A stretch of DNA of 64,000 nucleotides from Desulfosudaceae bacterium (GTDB lineage Bacteria; Desulfobacterota; Desulfobacteria; Desulfobacterales; Desulfosudaceae). The stretch lies in contig CAXXDV010000003.1 in assembly GCA_963674745.2 (NCBI GenBank), positions 2,528,001-2,592,000 of the forward strand, given 5' to 3'. Under the pieces are notes generated by a model that was not told the DNA's origin, ran no database searches, and saw only the letters and a program-made list of their open reading frames with translations. The translations under genes and the position numbers were made by a program. This document shows, piece by piece, positions 38,673 through 48,905 of the stretch (positions within the stretch are counted from its first letter, which is position 1; every line of letters starts with the position of its first letter).

Positions 38673-39215
38673 TTAAAAGCGCATCCTGTATCCGCACTTG
38701 ACGATTGACTCGGTGTTATCGTTTCGCATCGCCCCAACGCCCCTGCCATAAAGGGAAAACTGATACAGGGAAGTCGGATCGGTCATATCAAGACTGCTGC
38801 CGGCAGCGATACCTTCGTACCGGACCAGAAAGCCGGCATTATTAACCCCACAGGTGTGGAAATCGCCGTAATCAGGAGCGCCATGATCACCGCGGAAATC
38901 ACCCACATCGACATCATGAAAATCATAGTTTATATAATGTCTTACCCAGGTATCATCAGAGTCATCTATCAATAAATCGTTGGTCACATTGAAATCAGCC
39001 GTATAGTCATCCATGATCTGAACCGCCTGCCGCACAGCGGCTTCGGCCAGGTACAAGGACTGCCGGTAAATAGCGTGGTTGCGCGCAATGCTGCTTTCCA
39101 CGACCGTGTCATTGATAGCGGTCAGGCCGGCAATGGTCAGTGTCACCATAACCATCAGCGCCAGGGCCATGACCGATCCTTGTTGATTCTTGATGGGTGA
39201 AATCATATTTTTCAC
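38673..39215 (-). CDS. pilX: Type IV minor pilin PilX-like
   Basis: NQQGSVMALALMVMVTLTIAG (no Glu5), ARN...YLAEAA. Confidence 0.8.
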   Translation of the reverse strand: MKNMISPIKNQQGSVMALALMVMVTLTIAGLTAINDTVVESSIARNHAIYRQSLYLAEAAVRQAVQIMDDYTADFNVTNDLLIDDSDDTWVRHYINYDFHDVDVGDFRGDHGAPDYGDFHTCGVNNAGFLVRYEGIAAGSSLDMTDPTSLYQFSLYGRGVGAMRNDNTESIVKCGYRMRF

Positions 39216-39233
39216 GTTTCAACCTCCATCCCG

Positions 39234-39818
39234 TTAAATCGATGCTGATTTCAGACTAGTCAGCTCGATCATTTTGTCGCTGCTGTTTTCCCAATTCGCC
39301 TTAAGGCCTTTACCCCAGCGCACCCGAACGGTAATCCGTTTGATCAGACCGGGACCTCCGGTAGGGTTGGCTTTATAAACCGGCGTGCCATCAGGCATGT
39401 TTCCCAGATTGTCGTCAGCATCAAGATCCTCCACCCGCCAGGAAAGCGCAAAAATGTCATCAAACGCCGGATGAGTTGTAATATCATCGACACCGTCCTC
39501 GTCATAGTCCAACCCTGCGAATTCATCAGGGGTATGCCAGGCGCCGTCGTCATCCAGGGCCGCGTAGTCCAGGGGGTCCTCGAGATCGGCCTTGTCCGTG
39601 CCAAGGGCCAGCAGGCGCTCCATGTAATCGGAAGCATATTCCACAGCCATGGTATTCATCCTGGAAGAAGAGTTTCGCGTCACCGATGATGTCTGCATAC
39701 CGGCCACGGCCAGCAGGCCTATGGAAAAAACGGCTAGGGCCAGCAGCACCTCAATCAGGCTGAATCCGGCATGGCCTTCCGGTTCACCATATTTTTTTTG
39801 CGATAAGGATCTTATCAT
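39234..39818 (-). CDS. pilV: Type IV minor pilin PilV-like
   Basis: AGFSLIEVLLALAVFSIGLLAVAGMQ. Confidence 0.82.
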   Translation of the reverse strand: MIRSLSQKKYGEPEGHAGFSLIEVLLALAVFSIGLLAVAGMQTSSVTRNSSSRMNTMAVEYASDYMERLLALGTDKADLEDPLDYAALDDDGAWHTPDEFAGLDYDEDGVDDITTHPAFDDIFALSWRVEDLDADDNLGNMPDGTPVYKANPTGGPGLIKRITVRVRWGKGLKANWENSSDKMIELTSLKSASI

Positions 39819-39836
39819 CTATGTTCTCCTTGTTCC

Positions 39837-40607
39837 CTAACGCACCATGTTGCGGCACAAAACCGTCGTGGTCACCAGCTCGCGTCGGTACGCGTCATTA
39901 TAGGGTCCCCAGTCATTTCCGCTCAGCGTCGTATAAACCTGTGTATCCGGGGCACCGGCAAAGGATGGATGTTCGGTCCGGACCAGGATCGATATACCGA
40001 CCTGGCTGATATTGCCACGTTGGCTCGCGGCCGGGCTGGTCGTTCTTGTACCGTTAGCCAGTGTATAATAAAATTCCAGGGCCTCTACATCGTCGGCAAT
40101 CAATTCATCCTCCCGGACCGCGTTGGCGTTATCGACTTCAATAAAGGCCCGGTGAATCTCGTTGCCCTGAAGACTGAAGCGGATGCACTCGACCTCTTCT
40201 ATCTCATCCGTATCGCCGTCGCCGTTGTTGTCAATGCCGTCTTTTTCAAGGTCTTCATCCGTTTCACCGTCATCATCATTATCAACATTGTCTTCATTGC
40301 AGATCGGATCTCTAAAAGTGAATTCAAACACGGTCGAGGTGGCATTGGTTATCGTTCCGGCCGTGGGATCTGTGGGGTCATCCGAAAAACCGGCCATGAC
40401 CATGTCCCGTTGCATAAAGTAAACACCGGCGCGGATATTCTGCTGCATCTGCACCGCCATCTTCTGGTTTTTGCTTGTCTGGCTTTGAGCATAAAAAGCG
40501 CTGACGATGAGACCGACAACAATCATACCGATGAAGATAGCGATTAACATTTCCACCATCGTAAAGCCGCGCTCTTTTCCTGTTGTTTGCTGGCGTAAAC
40601 AATTCAT
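39837..40607 (-). CDS. pilW: Type IV minor pilin PilW-like
   Basis: RGFTMVEMLIA, MQQNIR...DMVMAGF, C-terminal YRRELVTTTVLCRN. Confidence 0.82.
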   Translation of the reverse strand: MNCLRQQTTGKERGFTMVEMLIAIFIGMIVVGLIVSAFYAQSQTSKNQKMAVQMQQNIRAGVYFMQRDMVMAGFSDDPTDPTAGTITNATSTVFEFTFRDPICNEDNVDNDDDGETDEDLEKDGIDNNGDGDTDEIEEVECIRFSLQGNEIHRAFIEVDNANAVREDELIADDVEALEFYYTLANGTRTTSPAASQRGNISQVGISILVRTEHPSFAGAPDTQVYTTLSGNDWGPYNDAYRRELVTTTVLCRNMVR

Positions 40608-41048
40608 TTATTGCACCCTTATATTCCCGGTGGCATCGACGACGATGTTGCTGACCCTCCCGCCGCCGGAGCCCAGGCGAAGGGTGACCGTGCCGTTATT
40701 AATCAAATCCTGTAAATTTCTCGCAAACCCCAGGTTATTGAAAATGGCGACATTACCTGATTCCGTGAAGTTCACGGCGGAAAAAACAACACCTTCCAAG
40801 GTTCGCTGTTGTCCGTTCAGTGTGTATGAATTGGTACCGGTGCTAAAGTTCACCCTCATCATCGTATTGCCCTTGATCGCCAGCGTTCGGGCTTTCTGGA
40901 GGTCGGAATAAACCTGGCGAGCGCCTTGGGACAGTATGGCATTGTTCCGCCAGCCGATAAAATTGGGCACGATTGCCGCCGAACTGATAGCAATGATGGC
41001 AATTACCACCATCATTTCTATCAAGGTAAAACCGGATTTTTTACACAT
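40608..41048 (-). CDS. fimT: FimT/FimU (GspH-like) minor pilin
   Basis: AGGAG RBS before ATG 41048; SGFTLIEMMVVIAII, SDLQKARTLAIK. Confidence 0.8.
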   Translation of the reverse strand: MCKKSGFTLIEMMVVIAIIAISSAAIVPNFIGWRNNAILSQGARQVYSDLQKARTLAIKGNTMMRVNFSTGTNSYTLNGQQRTLEGVVFSAVNFTESGNVAIFNNLGFARNLQDLINNGTVTLRLGSGGGRVSNIVVDATGNIRVQ

Positions 41049-41086
41049 GGATCTCTCCTGGAAAAATACCTTTTGAATTAATTCCA

Positions 41087-41102
41087 TCCAAAAATCATGC
41101 CA
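41087..41102 (-). promoter_or_regulatory. Possible sigma54 promoter of the minor pilin operon
   Basis: TGGCAT-GATTT-TTGGA: good -24 element, but the -12 element has GG instead of GC. Confidence 0.4.
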
Positions 41103-41498
41103 CCTTTTTCGAACAACTCACCAACTGCGATATTTAAAATCAACACATTGGAATATATATAAAAAAAGTCCTCACACCTTAAGCAATGATGTTTTATTGT
41201 TTTTTCATAATTTGTTTTTTTAAACCAAAGCCTAAAAAATTTTAATACCCGCTATAAAATTTTTTAGTACCTGGAAATCGACTTTTTTCTCAAAACGATG
41301 TTAAACAATGCATTATAGACTTTATTTAGCCGGCAGGAACCAGTATGATTACCCCATCCCGCAGCTTAAAAAAGAAACAGAAAACATTTATTTATACTAG
41401 ATACCGCCTTTCGTTTTAGTGTAATAATTATCGACATATCCTGGCAGAGAAAAATCCGGACAAAGGCCCGGAAAACGATCGACTGCTTCGAGAAACTC

Positions 41499-42935
41499 AT
41501 GCAAACCGAACCTCTTCAAAACATATTACACAAATGGCTGTCGCCGGTCAACGTCGAACTGCCCGAATTATATGTCGTTGGTGGCGCCGTGCGCGACCAT
41601 CTCATGGCCAGGCCCATCCAGGATGTGGATCTGGCCTGCCGGGACGCCGCCGCTTTTGCCCGGAAAATCGCCGATTGCCAGGTTTTTCCGGCTGCGGTGG
41701 TACCGTTTACACGGGATCAACGGGCCCCCTGTTATCGAGTGGTCAACCGCGGCAACCCGGACGATCATATCGATGTGGTCAACCTGAGAGGCGCTGACAT
41801 CGAGACCGATCTGGCGTTGCGGGATTTTACCGTCAACGCCCTGGCCATTCGTATTGCCCCCCGGGGCCGGATGACGCAGGTATTGGATTGTCTCGGCGGC
41901 CGAAAAGACATTAAAAACCGCATGATCCGTGTTTGCGCGGACACGGCTTTTACCGACGATCCCTTGCGTATCTTACGGGCGGCACGCCTGGCTGCCCTGC
42001 TCGACTTTGACATTACGGCCGATACAATTCAAATGATGAAAGAAAACACGGGCCGACTGGTTGATGTGGCCGCCGAACGGATCACCGCCGAGTTGATGAC
42101 GTTGCTGAACTGTAGGAACAGCCTGCCCTGGGTCCGGCTGCTGGACGAAACCGGCGCCTTGTCCTTGATCCTGCCGGAAATATCGGCCGCCAAAGGATGC
42201 CAACAAAACGGCTATCATCATCTGGATGTGTGGGAACATTCCCTGGAAACGCTCTCTGCCTGTGACACCATGGCAGACAACCCTTCGTCTTTTTTCGAAA
42301 ACGCCGGTGAAGTTATTCGGGATATGCTTAGCCGTAAAGACAACCTGGCACTGATGAAACTGGCCGCCCTGCTTCACGATGTCGGCAAACCACGGGTAAA
42401 ACGATTCGACCCGGACAGGGGCCGGATGACCTTTCACGGCCATGCCCGGCGAGGCGCAGTCATGGCGGCCGATACGGCCGTTCGGCTTCGCCTGTCAACC
42501 GCTCACAAGGACCTGTTGACCCTGCTGATCGGCCATCACATGCGGCCGGTCATCCTTTCCCAACCGGACGTCAAAAAAGCCACCGTCGTCAAGTGGTTTC
42601 GCGAGATCGGGGATGCCGCCCTGCTGGTCATGATGCTGGCGGTGGCCGATGTGACCGCCAAGTCCGGTGAGAAACTGACCCAGGCCGCCAAGGACCGGTT
42701 TTTCAACTGGGTTCGGCAGACGACCGTTTATTATCTGGAAGACCTGAAAAACACCCTGGCGCAACCCAACCTGGTCAACGGGCACGATCTTATCCATCTG
42801 GGGCTGTCCCCCGGCCCGGCCCTGGGCAAAACGCTGGCGGAAATTCGTAAAAAACAGGACCTGGGGGAAATCGCCGACCGGGACAAAGGGTTAGAACTGG
42901 CCAAAAAACTGATCGAATCGAGGTTCGGGGGGTGA
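41499..42935 (+). CDS. Class II tRNA nucleotidyltransferase / poly(A) polymerase family with HD domain
   Basis: VVGGAVRD...DVDL, RDFTVNA, DDPLRILR, AAERI, HHLDVWEH, LLHDVGKP. Confidence 0.9.
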   Translation: MQTEPLQNILHKWLSPVNVELPELYVVGGAVRDHLMARPIQDVDLACRDAAAFARKIADCQVFPAAVVPFTRDQRAPCYRVVNRGNPDDHIDVVNLRGADIETDLALRDFTVNALAIRIAPRGRMTQVLDCLGGRKDIKNRMIRVCADTAFTDDPLRILRAARLAALLDFDITADTIQMMKENTGRLVDVAAERITAELMTLLNCRNSLPWVRLLDETGALSLILPEISAAKGCQQNGYHHLDVWEHSLETLSACDTMADNPSSFFENAGEVIRDMLSRKDNLALMKLAALLHDVGKPRVKRFDPDRGRMTFHGHARRGAVMAADTAVRLRLSTAHKDLLTLLIGHHMRPVILSQPDVKKATVVKWFREIGDAALLVMMLAVADVTAKSGEKLTQAAKDRFFNWVRQTTVYYLEDLKNTLAQPNLVNGHDLIHLGLSPGPALGKTLAEIRKKQDLGEIADRDKGLELAKKLIESRFGG

Positions 42936-42997
42936 GGTTCGGGGTTCAAGGTTCAAGGTTCAAGGTTCGGGGTTGTAGGGGCGACCCGCGGTCGCCC
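42921..42997 (+). repeat. Heptamer tandem repeats followed by a GTAG-type REP
   Basis: (GGTTCAA/GGTTCGG)n at 42921-42974, then GTAGGGGCGACCCGCGGTCGCCC at 42975-42997. Confidence 0.75.
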
Positions 42998-43072
42998 GAT
43001 AAAAAATGCTCAGCCCGCAACAACTTGTTTTAAAAACTTTTCTCCACCCACAGACCACAAGAAGAAAAAAGC

Positions 43073-43132
43073 TTGACGAACCCTTCTTAATCGTATAGTT
43101 TAATTAATCAGTTAATTAAACTATACGATTAA
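43073..43132 (+). promoter_or_regulatory. Promoter and TetR operator (perfect 21-bp inverted repeat)
   Basis: TTGACG-17bp-TAGTTT overlapped by TTAATCGTATAGTTTAATTAA-TCAG-TTAATTAAACTATACGATTAA (43087-43132). Confidence 0.85.
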
Positions 43133-43148
43133 CTGCATGGGAGGCAAA

Positions 43149-43778
43149 ATGACCGAAGCGGAAACACCTCAAAAAATCATCGCGGCGGCAACAACCGTTT
43201 TTTCACGGGAAGGATTCAAGGGCGCCCGCATGCAGCAGATCGCCAAACAGGCGAATGTCAACCAGGCCCTGTTGCATTATTATTTCAACTCCAAGGAAAA
43301 CCTGTACGAAGAAGTCCTGTTCCGTTTTTTTGCCAAAATAATTGAACAGCTGGCCCATCATTTCCAGTCCCCCCCCTCGCCGGAAGCGGCGCTTTCCAAT
43401 TTTATCCATGCTTACATGGATATTTTAAAAGACAACCCCGAGCTGCCCCGCCTGATGGTTTCCGAGATGCTCGACGGCGGCAGCCATATCATCGCCACCG
43501 CCGACCGGATTTTTTCCCAGACAGGAGTAACGCCGCCCGATTTAATCGCGCCGTTTATTGAAAAAACCGCGGCCGAAGGCCTGATCAGACCGGTCGATGC
43601 CCGGCAGACCGCCATCAGCGTGCTGGGCATGTGTATCTTCTATTTTATAGCCAAACCGCTTCTGGACCATGTCTGGGGTGAACCGACCGATGAAGATAAT
43701 TTTTTTGAAGAACGAAAAGCAGCCATTATGGATCTGGTGCTTCATGGATTGAAAATAGAAAAAGAGGCGATATCGTGA
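43149..43778 (+). CDS. TetR/AcrR-family regulator
   Basis: GFKGARMQQIAKQANVNQALLHYYFNSKENLY; GGAGG RBS. Confidence 0.93.
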   Translation: MTEAETPQKIIAAATTVFSREGFKGARMQQIAKQANVNQALLHYYFNSKENLYEEVLFRFFAKIIEQLAHHFQSPPSPEAALSNFIHAYMDILKDNPELPRLMVSEMLDGGSHIIATADRIFSQTGVTPPDLIAPFIEKTAAEGLIRPVDARQTAISVLGMCIFYFIAKPLLDHVWGEPTDEDNFFEERKAAIMDLVLHGLKIEKEAIS

Positions 43779-45196
43779 AAAGATTAAAAGGGGTGTTAAG
43801 AATCGTTATAATCGATCGCATTTGGCGGACATCAACGATTTGCCTGCTCTTGGTGGCAATCTTCCGCCTGCCGGCATTGGCAGAGCCGTTAACCTTGACC
43901 CGATGCCTGGACATCGCCGCCGACAAAAACCCGGACATCGCCCGGGCAGAAGCGGCAAAAAACGAAGCCGAACTGAGGCTTAAAAAAGCCGAAGCCGGAT
44001 ATTACCCGGAACTGGCCGTCGATGTCCTGTCCGGCTACAAATCCAGGGTCAATACCACCGAGCAGGACGATATAACAATTCCCGTCTCACCGGACACGCC
44101 GCCACTGACCATACCCGGACCGTCTTTTGACCTGGGGGACAAAAAACAACATGACATGGCCCTGATACTGCGCCAGCCGATTTACACCGGCGGCCGGGTA
44201 ACAAACGGCATACGCCTGTCCGAAGCGGCCCTGGCCACGGCCGAAAGCCGGGAGGAACTACAGAAGCGGGATATCCGCCATAACGTCATCAACGCCTTTT
44301 ACCAGCTGGCCATGGCCCAAGCGTTTGAAAAAATCGCCCGGGCTTCAAAAAAACAGATCGACAGTCATCTTGCCGATGCGCAGAACCTGCTATCACAGGG
44401 AATGATCATCAAAAGCGACCTTTTCCCCATCAAGATCCGGCAACTGGAAACAGATTTAAACGTCGTCGAGGCTGAAAATGCCATCGCCAGGGCCAAAGCC
44501 TCCCTGGCCGCGGTCATGGGGCTGTCACCGGAAGCGCCCATAGATATCCTGGTCGATTGGGAACAGCATCCTCCCTGGCCTGTCCCGGAAACAATAAAGT
44601 CCGGCCAAATAAAACGAGCAGAACAGAAAATCGCCGGTCAACAGATTAAAATGGCCGCGGCCGAGGAGGACATCGCCCGGGGCACCCGGCTGCCCTCTAT
44701 CGGTTTGACAGCCTCAACCCATTATGGATGGCCGGGTTTTATCAGTAACGATCCCGGTTGGGATACCTGGTGGCAGGCAGGCGTAAATATCACCTGGCCT
44801 GTTTTTGACATGGGCCGGCGCCGCCATGAACAAATGGCCGCCAAAGAAAAAATCAGGCGTCTGGACAAGGCGGCCCAAGCGCTGGACCGCCAGATCGAAC
44901 TGGACCGGATCAACTGCCGGCTGGCTTATGAGGAAACCTGCCGGAAGCGGATCATCAACGAAGAAAAGGTTGAATCCGCCCGGGAAAATTACCAGACCAA
45001 ATCCGACAACTTCAGGGTGGGCATGGCCTCGGGAACAGATTACCTGGACGCGCATACCGAACTGATGACCGCCGAAACCGACCTGTCCATTGCCACCGTC
45101 CGGGCCCGGGTGGCCTGGGCGGACTATCTTCGGGCCATGGGGCTGGATTTAAAGCAGTCAACCGGAACCTGCATCAAAGAGGGAGAAGCTAAATGA
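43775..45196 (+). CDS. TolC-family outer membrane efflux protein
   Basis: Signal peptide, NPDI, QPIYTGG, WPVFDMG, duplicated OEP pattern. Confidence 0.9.
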   Translation: MKRLKGVLRIVIIDRIWRTSTICLLLVAIFRLPALAEPLTLTRCLDIAADKNPDIARAEAAKNEAELRLKKAEAGYYPELAVDVLSGYKSRVNTTEQDDITIPVSPDTPPLTIPGPSFDLGDKKQHDMALILRQPIYTGGRVTNGIRLSEAALATAESREELQKRDIRHNVINAFYQLAMAQAFEKIARASKKQIDSHLADAQNLLSQGMIIKSDLFPIKIRQLETDLNVVEAENAIARAKASLAAVMGLSPEAPIDILVDWEQHPPWPVPETIKSGQIKRAEQKIAGQQIKMAAAEEDIARGTRLPSIGLTASTHYGWPGFISNDPGWDTWWQAGVNITWPVFDMGRRRHEQMAAKEKIRRLDKAAQALDRQIELDRINCRLAYEETCRKRIINEEKVESARENYQTKSDNFRVGMASGTDYLDAHTELMTAETDLSIATVRARVAWADYLRAMGLDLKQSTGTCIKEGEAK

Positions 45197-46098
45197 GAAT
45201 AAAAAATTACATCAACATCGGGCTGATGGTTTTTTTAATGACCGGGCTCTGCGCCTGCCGGAATAATCAAGCCCCGGGATTCGCCGGTTCCGGTACGCTG
45301 GAAGCCACGGAGGTGAGCGTCAGCGCTCTGGGCACAGGCACCGTGCTGACCATGACCCGGGAAGAAGGCCAATCCGTAGCCGAAGGTGATGTTCTGGCCG
45401 CCATTGATGTGGAAAAGCTTGTCCTGCAGCGAGCCCAGCTGGCGGCCAGCCTGCAGGAAATCGAAGCCAACCGGATCGGAGCCGAAGCGACCATTGCCCA
45501 GGCGGAAGAAAACTTCGAAAACACCCGGGGCCGGTACGACCGGACCAAAGAGCTCCATGCCCGGGGTTCGGCCACCCAGCAGCAATTTGACGACATTTCC
45601 ACCCGGCTGGGCGTCGACCGCAACCAGCTGGCCGCGGCCAGGGCGCAAAGCCCCATCCTGGACGCCAGACAGGCCCAGACCGAAGCAGCCATGGCGGTTA
45701 TCGACCGGCAGATTGCTGATGGCACCATCATTGCCCCCCTGCCGGGCATGGTGGTGGAAAAATATGTCGAACCCGGCGAAGTCGTGACCGCCGGTCAGAA
45801 GGTTTACAAAATCGTTGACCTGGAAAATTTCTGGCTGAATATCTATATGGCGGAAACCGACCTGGGAGAAATCACCACCGGGCAAGCGGTTTTTGTCCGG
45901 GTTGACGCCATCAACACACCCCTTGCCGGCCGGATCGCCTGGACATCGCCGGAAGCGGAATTCACCCCCAAAAACGTGCAGACCAGACAAGCCCGTTCGG
46001 AACTGGTTTATGCCGTCAAGGTCATGCTTGATGAAAACCGGCCGGAACTGAAAATCGGCATGCCGGCCGAAGTCTACCTGACAGATCAGGACAGCTGA
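45193..46098 (+). CDS. HlyD-family membrane fusion protein (YbhG-like), lipoprotein
   Basis: LCAC lipobox, SGTLEATEV, SPEAEFTPKNVQT, LKIGMPA. Confidence 0.92.
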   Translation: MRIKNYINIGLMVFLMTGLCACRNNQAPGFAGSGTLEATEVSVSALGTGTVLTMTREEGQSVAEGDVLAAIDVEKLVLQRAQLAASLQEIEANRIGAEATIAQAEENFENTRGRYDRTKELHARGSATQQQFDDISTRLGVDRNQLAAARAQSPILDARQAQTEAAMAVIDRQIADGTIIAPLPGMVVEKYVEPGEVVTAGQKVYKIVDLENFWLNIYMAETDLGEITTGQAVFVRVDAINTPLAGRIAWTSPEAEFTPKNVQTRQARSELVYAVKVMLDENRPELKIGMPAEVYLTDQDS

Positions 46099-47048
46099 TG
46101 AACACCACGGCGGTTTCCATAAAGGATTTATACAAGCAGTACGGCGATACAACGGCGCTGAACACGATCAGCCTTGAAGTGGCACCGGCGGAGATGTTCG
46201 GGCTGATCGGACCGGATGGTGCCGGTAAAACCACCCTGATCCGGATTCTGTGTTCGCTGATGGACCCGGACGCCGGGGAATGTCGCTTGCTCGACATCTC
46301 CGTAGCCCGGCACCCGGATAAAATCCGCCGCATGATCGGTTATATGCCGCAACGGTTCTCTCTTTATCCCGACCTGACGGTCGAAGAGAACCTGCGTTTT
46401 TTCGCCGGTCTGTTCCGGGTGCCGAGAAACGAACGCCGTCAGCGGGCCGGTGAACTGCTGGAATTCAGCCGCCTGACGCCTTTTGTCAAACGTCGGGCCG
46501 GGCAGCTTTCCGGCGGCATGAAGCAGAAACTGGCCCTGTCCTGCGCCCTGATCCACACCCCCCAAATTTTGATCCTGGATGAACCGACCACCGGTGTCGA
46601 CCCGGTTTCCCGCCGGGAATTCTGGGAAATCCTGTCAAAACTCAAAACCGACGGCGTGACCATCCTGGTTTCCACGCCTTACATGGACGAGGCCGAACTG
46701 TGTGACCGCATCGCCCTGATGCACAAAGGCGAGGTATTGACCACCGGCCGGGCCGAAGACATTGCCGCCGGTTTTCCCGGCACTGTTTTTGCCGTGGCCG
46801 GCCGGGACATGACCGGCCTGGCAGCCTGGTTTAAACGACGGCTCAGCCCTGAACAGGTCCGCATCCTGGGTGACCGCGTCCAGGTCAACCTGTTTGAAAA
46901 TGCCGGCCAGAATATGGACGACCTGCGCCGGAACGCGACGGATGACGGTCTTTTCATTGAATCAGTCGAAACCCGGCCGCCGGCCTTAGAAGACGCCTTT
47001 ATCGCCATGATTGCCGAACAGGAAAGGGATCATTATGCACCGGCCTGA
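46098..47048 (+). CDS. ABC transporter ATP-binding protein (YbhF N-half-like)
   Basis: GPDGAGKTT, LSGGMKQK, LDEPTTGVDP. Confidence 0.93.
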   Translation: MNTTAVSIKDLYKQYGDTTALNTISLEVAPAEMFGLIGPDGAGKTTLIRILCSLMDPDAGECRLLDISVARHPDKIRRMIGYMPQRFSLYPDLTVEENLRFFAGLFRVPRNERRQRAGELLEFSRLTPFVKRRAGQLSGGMKQKLALSCALIHTPQILILDEPTTGVDPVSRREFWEILSKLKTDGVTILVSTPYMDEAELCDRIALMHKGEVLTTGRAEDIAAGFPGTVFAVAGRDMTGLAAWFKRRLSPEQVRILGDRVQVNLFENAGQNMDDLRRNATDDGLFIESVETRPPALEDAFIAMIAEQERDHYAPA

Positions 47049-47790
47049 CCATCAACAGCCCTTACCGACCGAATATGCCGTAACGGTCCGCAACCTGACC
47101 CGACGGTTCGGTGATTTCGTGGCTGTCGACGATATCTCCTTTGATGTCCGAAAAGGGGAAATATTCGGCTTTCTCGGTGCCAACGGGGCCGGCAAAACCA
47201 CCACCATCAAAATGCTGACCGGCCTGCTGCGACCTTCGTCCGGCCGGGGTACCGTGGGGGGCCTGGACATCATCCGCGGCCATAACGCCATTAAAACCCG
47301 TATCGGCTACATGTCCCAGAAATTTTCCCTGTATGAAGACCTGAAGGTGGAAGAAAACCTCTTTTTCTTCGGCGGCATATACGGACTGGACCGTGAAGCC
47401 ATCAACACCCGGATGAAGGAACTGGACACCATTCTGCACCTGTCCGAGATCCGCAAACGCCGCACCGACTCCCTGCCACTGGGATACAAACAGCGCCTGG
47501 CCCTGGCCTGCGCCATTCTGCACCGGCCGCCCATCCTGTTTCTGGACGAGCCCACCGGCGGAGTGGATCCCATTGCCCGGCGGTACTTCTGGGACCTCAT
47601 CTCCGCCATGACCGCCGAAGGCAGGACCGTTTTCGTGACCACGCACTATATGGATGAAGCCGAATACTGCCACCGGCTGTCCATCATGTATAAAGGCCGG
47701 ATCGTCGAGATCGACTCCCCGGCCGCCATCAAACAGAAATACAACCTGCCATCCATTCAGGATGCCTTTATTCATCTGGTGGACCGGTGA
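47035..47790 (+). CDS. ABC transporter ATP-binding protein (YbhF C-half-like)
   Basis: GANGAGKTT, LPLGYKQR, LDEPTGGVDP, TTHYMDEAE. Confidence 0.93.
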   Translation: MHRPDHQQPLPTEYAVTVRNLTRRFGDFVAVDDISFDVRKGEIFGFLGANGAGKTTTIKMLTGLLRPSSGRGTVGGLDIIRGHNAIKTRIGYMSQKFSLYEDLKVEENLFFFGGIYGLDREAINTRMKELDTILHLSEIRKRRTDSLPLGYKQRLALACAILHRPPILFLDEPTGGVDPIARRYFWDLISAMTAEGRTVFVTTHYMDEAEYCHRLSIMYKGRIVEIDSPAAIKQKYNLPSIQDAFIHLVDR

Positions 47791-48893
47791 TGATCAAATC
47801 CCTTTTTATACATCTGGCCGTAAAAGAGTTCATCCACATTCGCAGAGACCCGCGTTCCCTGCTGATCCTGCTGTTGATGCCCCTGTTCATGATGTTTGTC
47901 TTCGGCTATGCCATCAACATGGATTTAAAGCACATCCGCCTGGGTGTATGCGATCTGAACCGCACCCCGGTCAGCCGCGACCTGATCCAGACCCTGGTCG
48001 CCTCCCCTTACTTTGACGTGATCCAACGTTTTGACGATCCCCGCCTGACCGAAGGCCTGTTTCGCCAGCGGCTGGTCCGGGCGGCGGTGATCATCCCGGC
48101 CGACTTTGCCCGCCGCCTGGCCGGGTCACAGGGCGCCACGATCGGTGTCATCACTGACGGCACGGACGCCAACAGCGCCACCCTGACCCAGAACTACCTG
48201 GAAAGCCTTTTTTTAAGCCGGTCACTGTCCGGAGACGGCATGGGCCTGCCCATCCATATCAAAACCCGGATATTCTATAACCCGGACATGGAATCAGCCC
48301 ATTTTGTCGTACCCGGTATCGTGGCCCTGCTGCTGATCATGATCGGCGCCCTGCTGACCTCGGTCACCATTGCCCGGGAAAAAGAAACCGGCACCATGGA
48401 GCAGATCCTGGTCAGCCCCATCCGGCCCTACGAGGTCATCCTGGGCAAAGCCCTGCCCTACCTGGTCCTGGCCTTTGCCATCGCCGTCTTTATCATTGTC
48501 TTCGGCCATCTCTGGTTTGCGGTACCCATGCTGGGGTCATGGACCTGGCTGATGCTGTTCTGCCTGCTGTACCTGTTCACGGCCCTGACCATCGGATTGC
48601 TGATTTCGACCCTGGTTTCGACCCAGCAGGTGGCCATGATGCTGTCTTTGGTGGCCACCCTGCTGCCGTCGGTCATGCTCTCCGGGTTCATTTTTCCCAT
48701 AGCGTCCATGCCGCGGCCGCTGCAGGTGGTGTCCCAGATTATACCGGCCACCCATTTTCTGAAAATCATCCGGGGTATCATGCTCAAAGGCAACGGCCCC
48801 CTGGAGTTGTGGCCGTCGATCGCTGCCCTGACGGCGGTGGGCCTGTTTTTTATCACCCTGGCCATCTGGCGATTTCAACTCAAACTCAAATAA
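47787..48893 (+). CDS. ABC-2 permease (YbhS-like)
   Basis: KEFIHIRRDPR, YNPDM, AREKETGTMEQ, LSGFIFPI. Confidence 0.92.
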   Translation: MMIKSLFIHLAVKEFIHIRRDPRSLLILLLMPLFMMFVFGYAINMDLKHIRLGVCDLNRTPVSRDLIQTLVASPYFDVIQRFDDPRLTEGLFRQRLVRAAVIIPADFARRLAGSQGATIGVITDGTDANSATLTQNYLESLFLSRSLSGDGMGLPIHIKTRIFYNPDMESAHFVVPGIVALLLIMIGALLTSVTIAREKETGTMEQILVSPIRPYEVILGKALPYLVLAFAIAVFIIVFGHLWFAVPMLGSWTWLMLFCLLYLFTALTIGLLISTLVSTQQVAMMLSLVATLLPSVMLSGFIFPIASMPRPLQVVSQIIPATHFLKIIRGIMLKGNGPLELWPSIAALTAVGLFFITLAIWRFQLKLK

Positions 48894-48905
48894 AGGCAAC
48901 CGCCA

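Noticed and set aside
45235..46152. Long antisense ORFs (also 12911..13747, 47062..47775, 53391..54500)
   Set aside because: They are shadow frames of well-supported GC-rich genes on the opposite strand.
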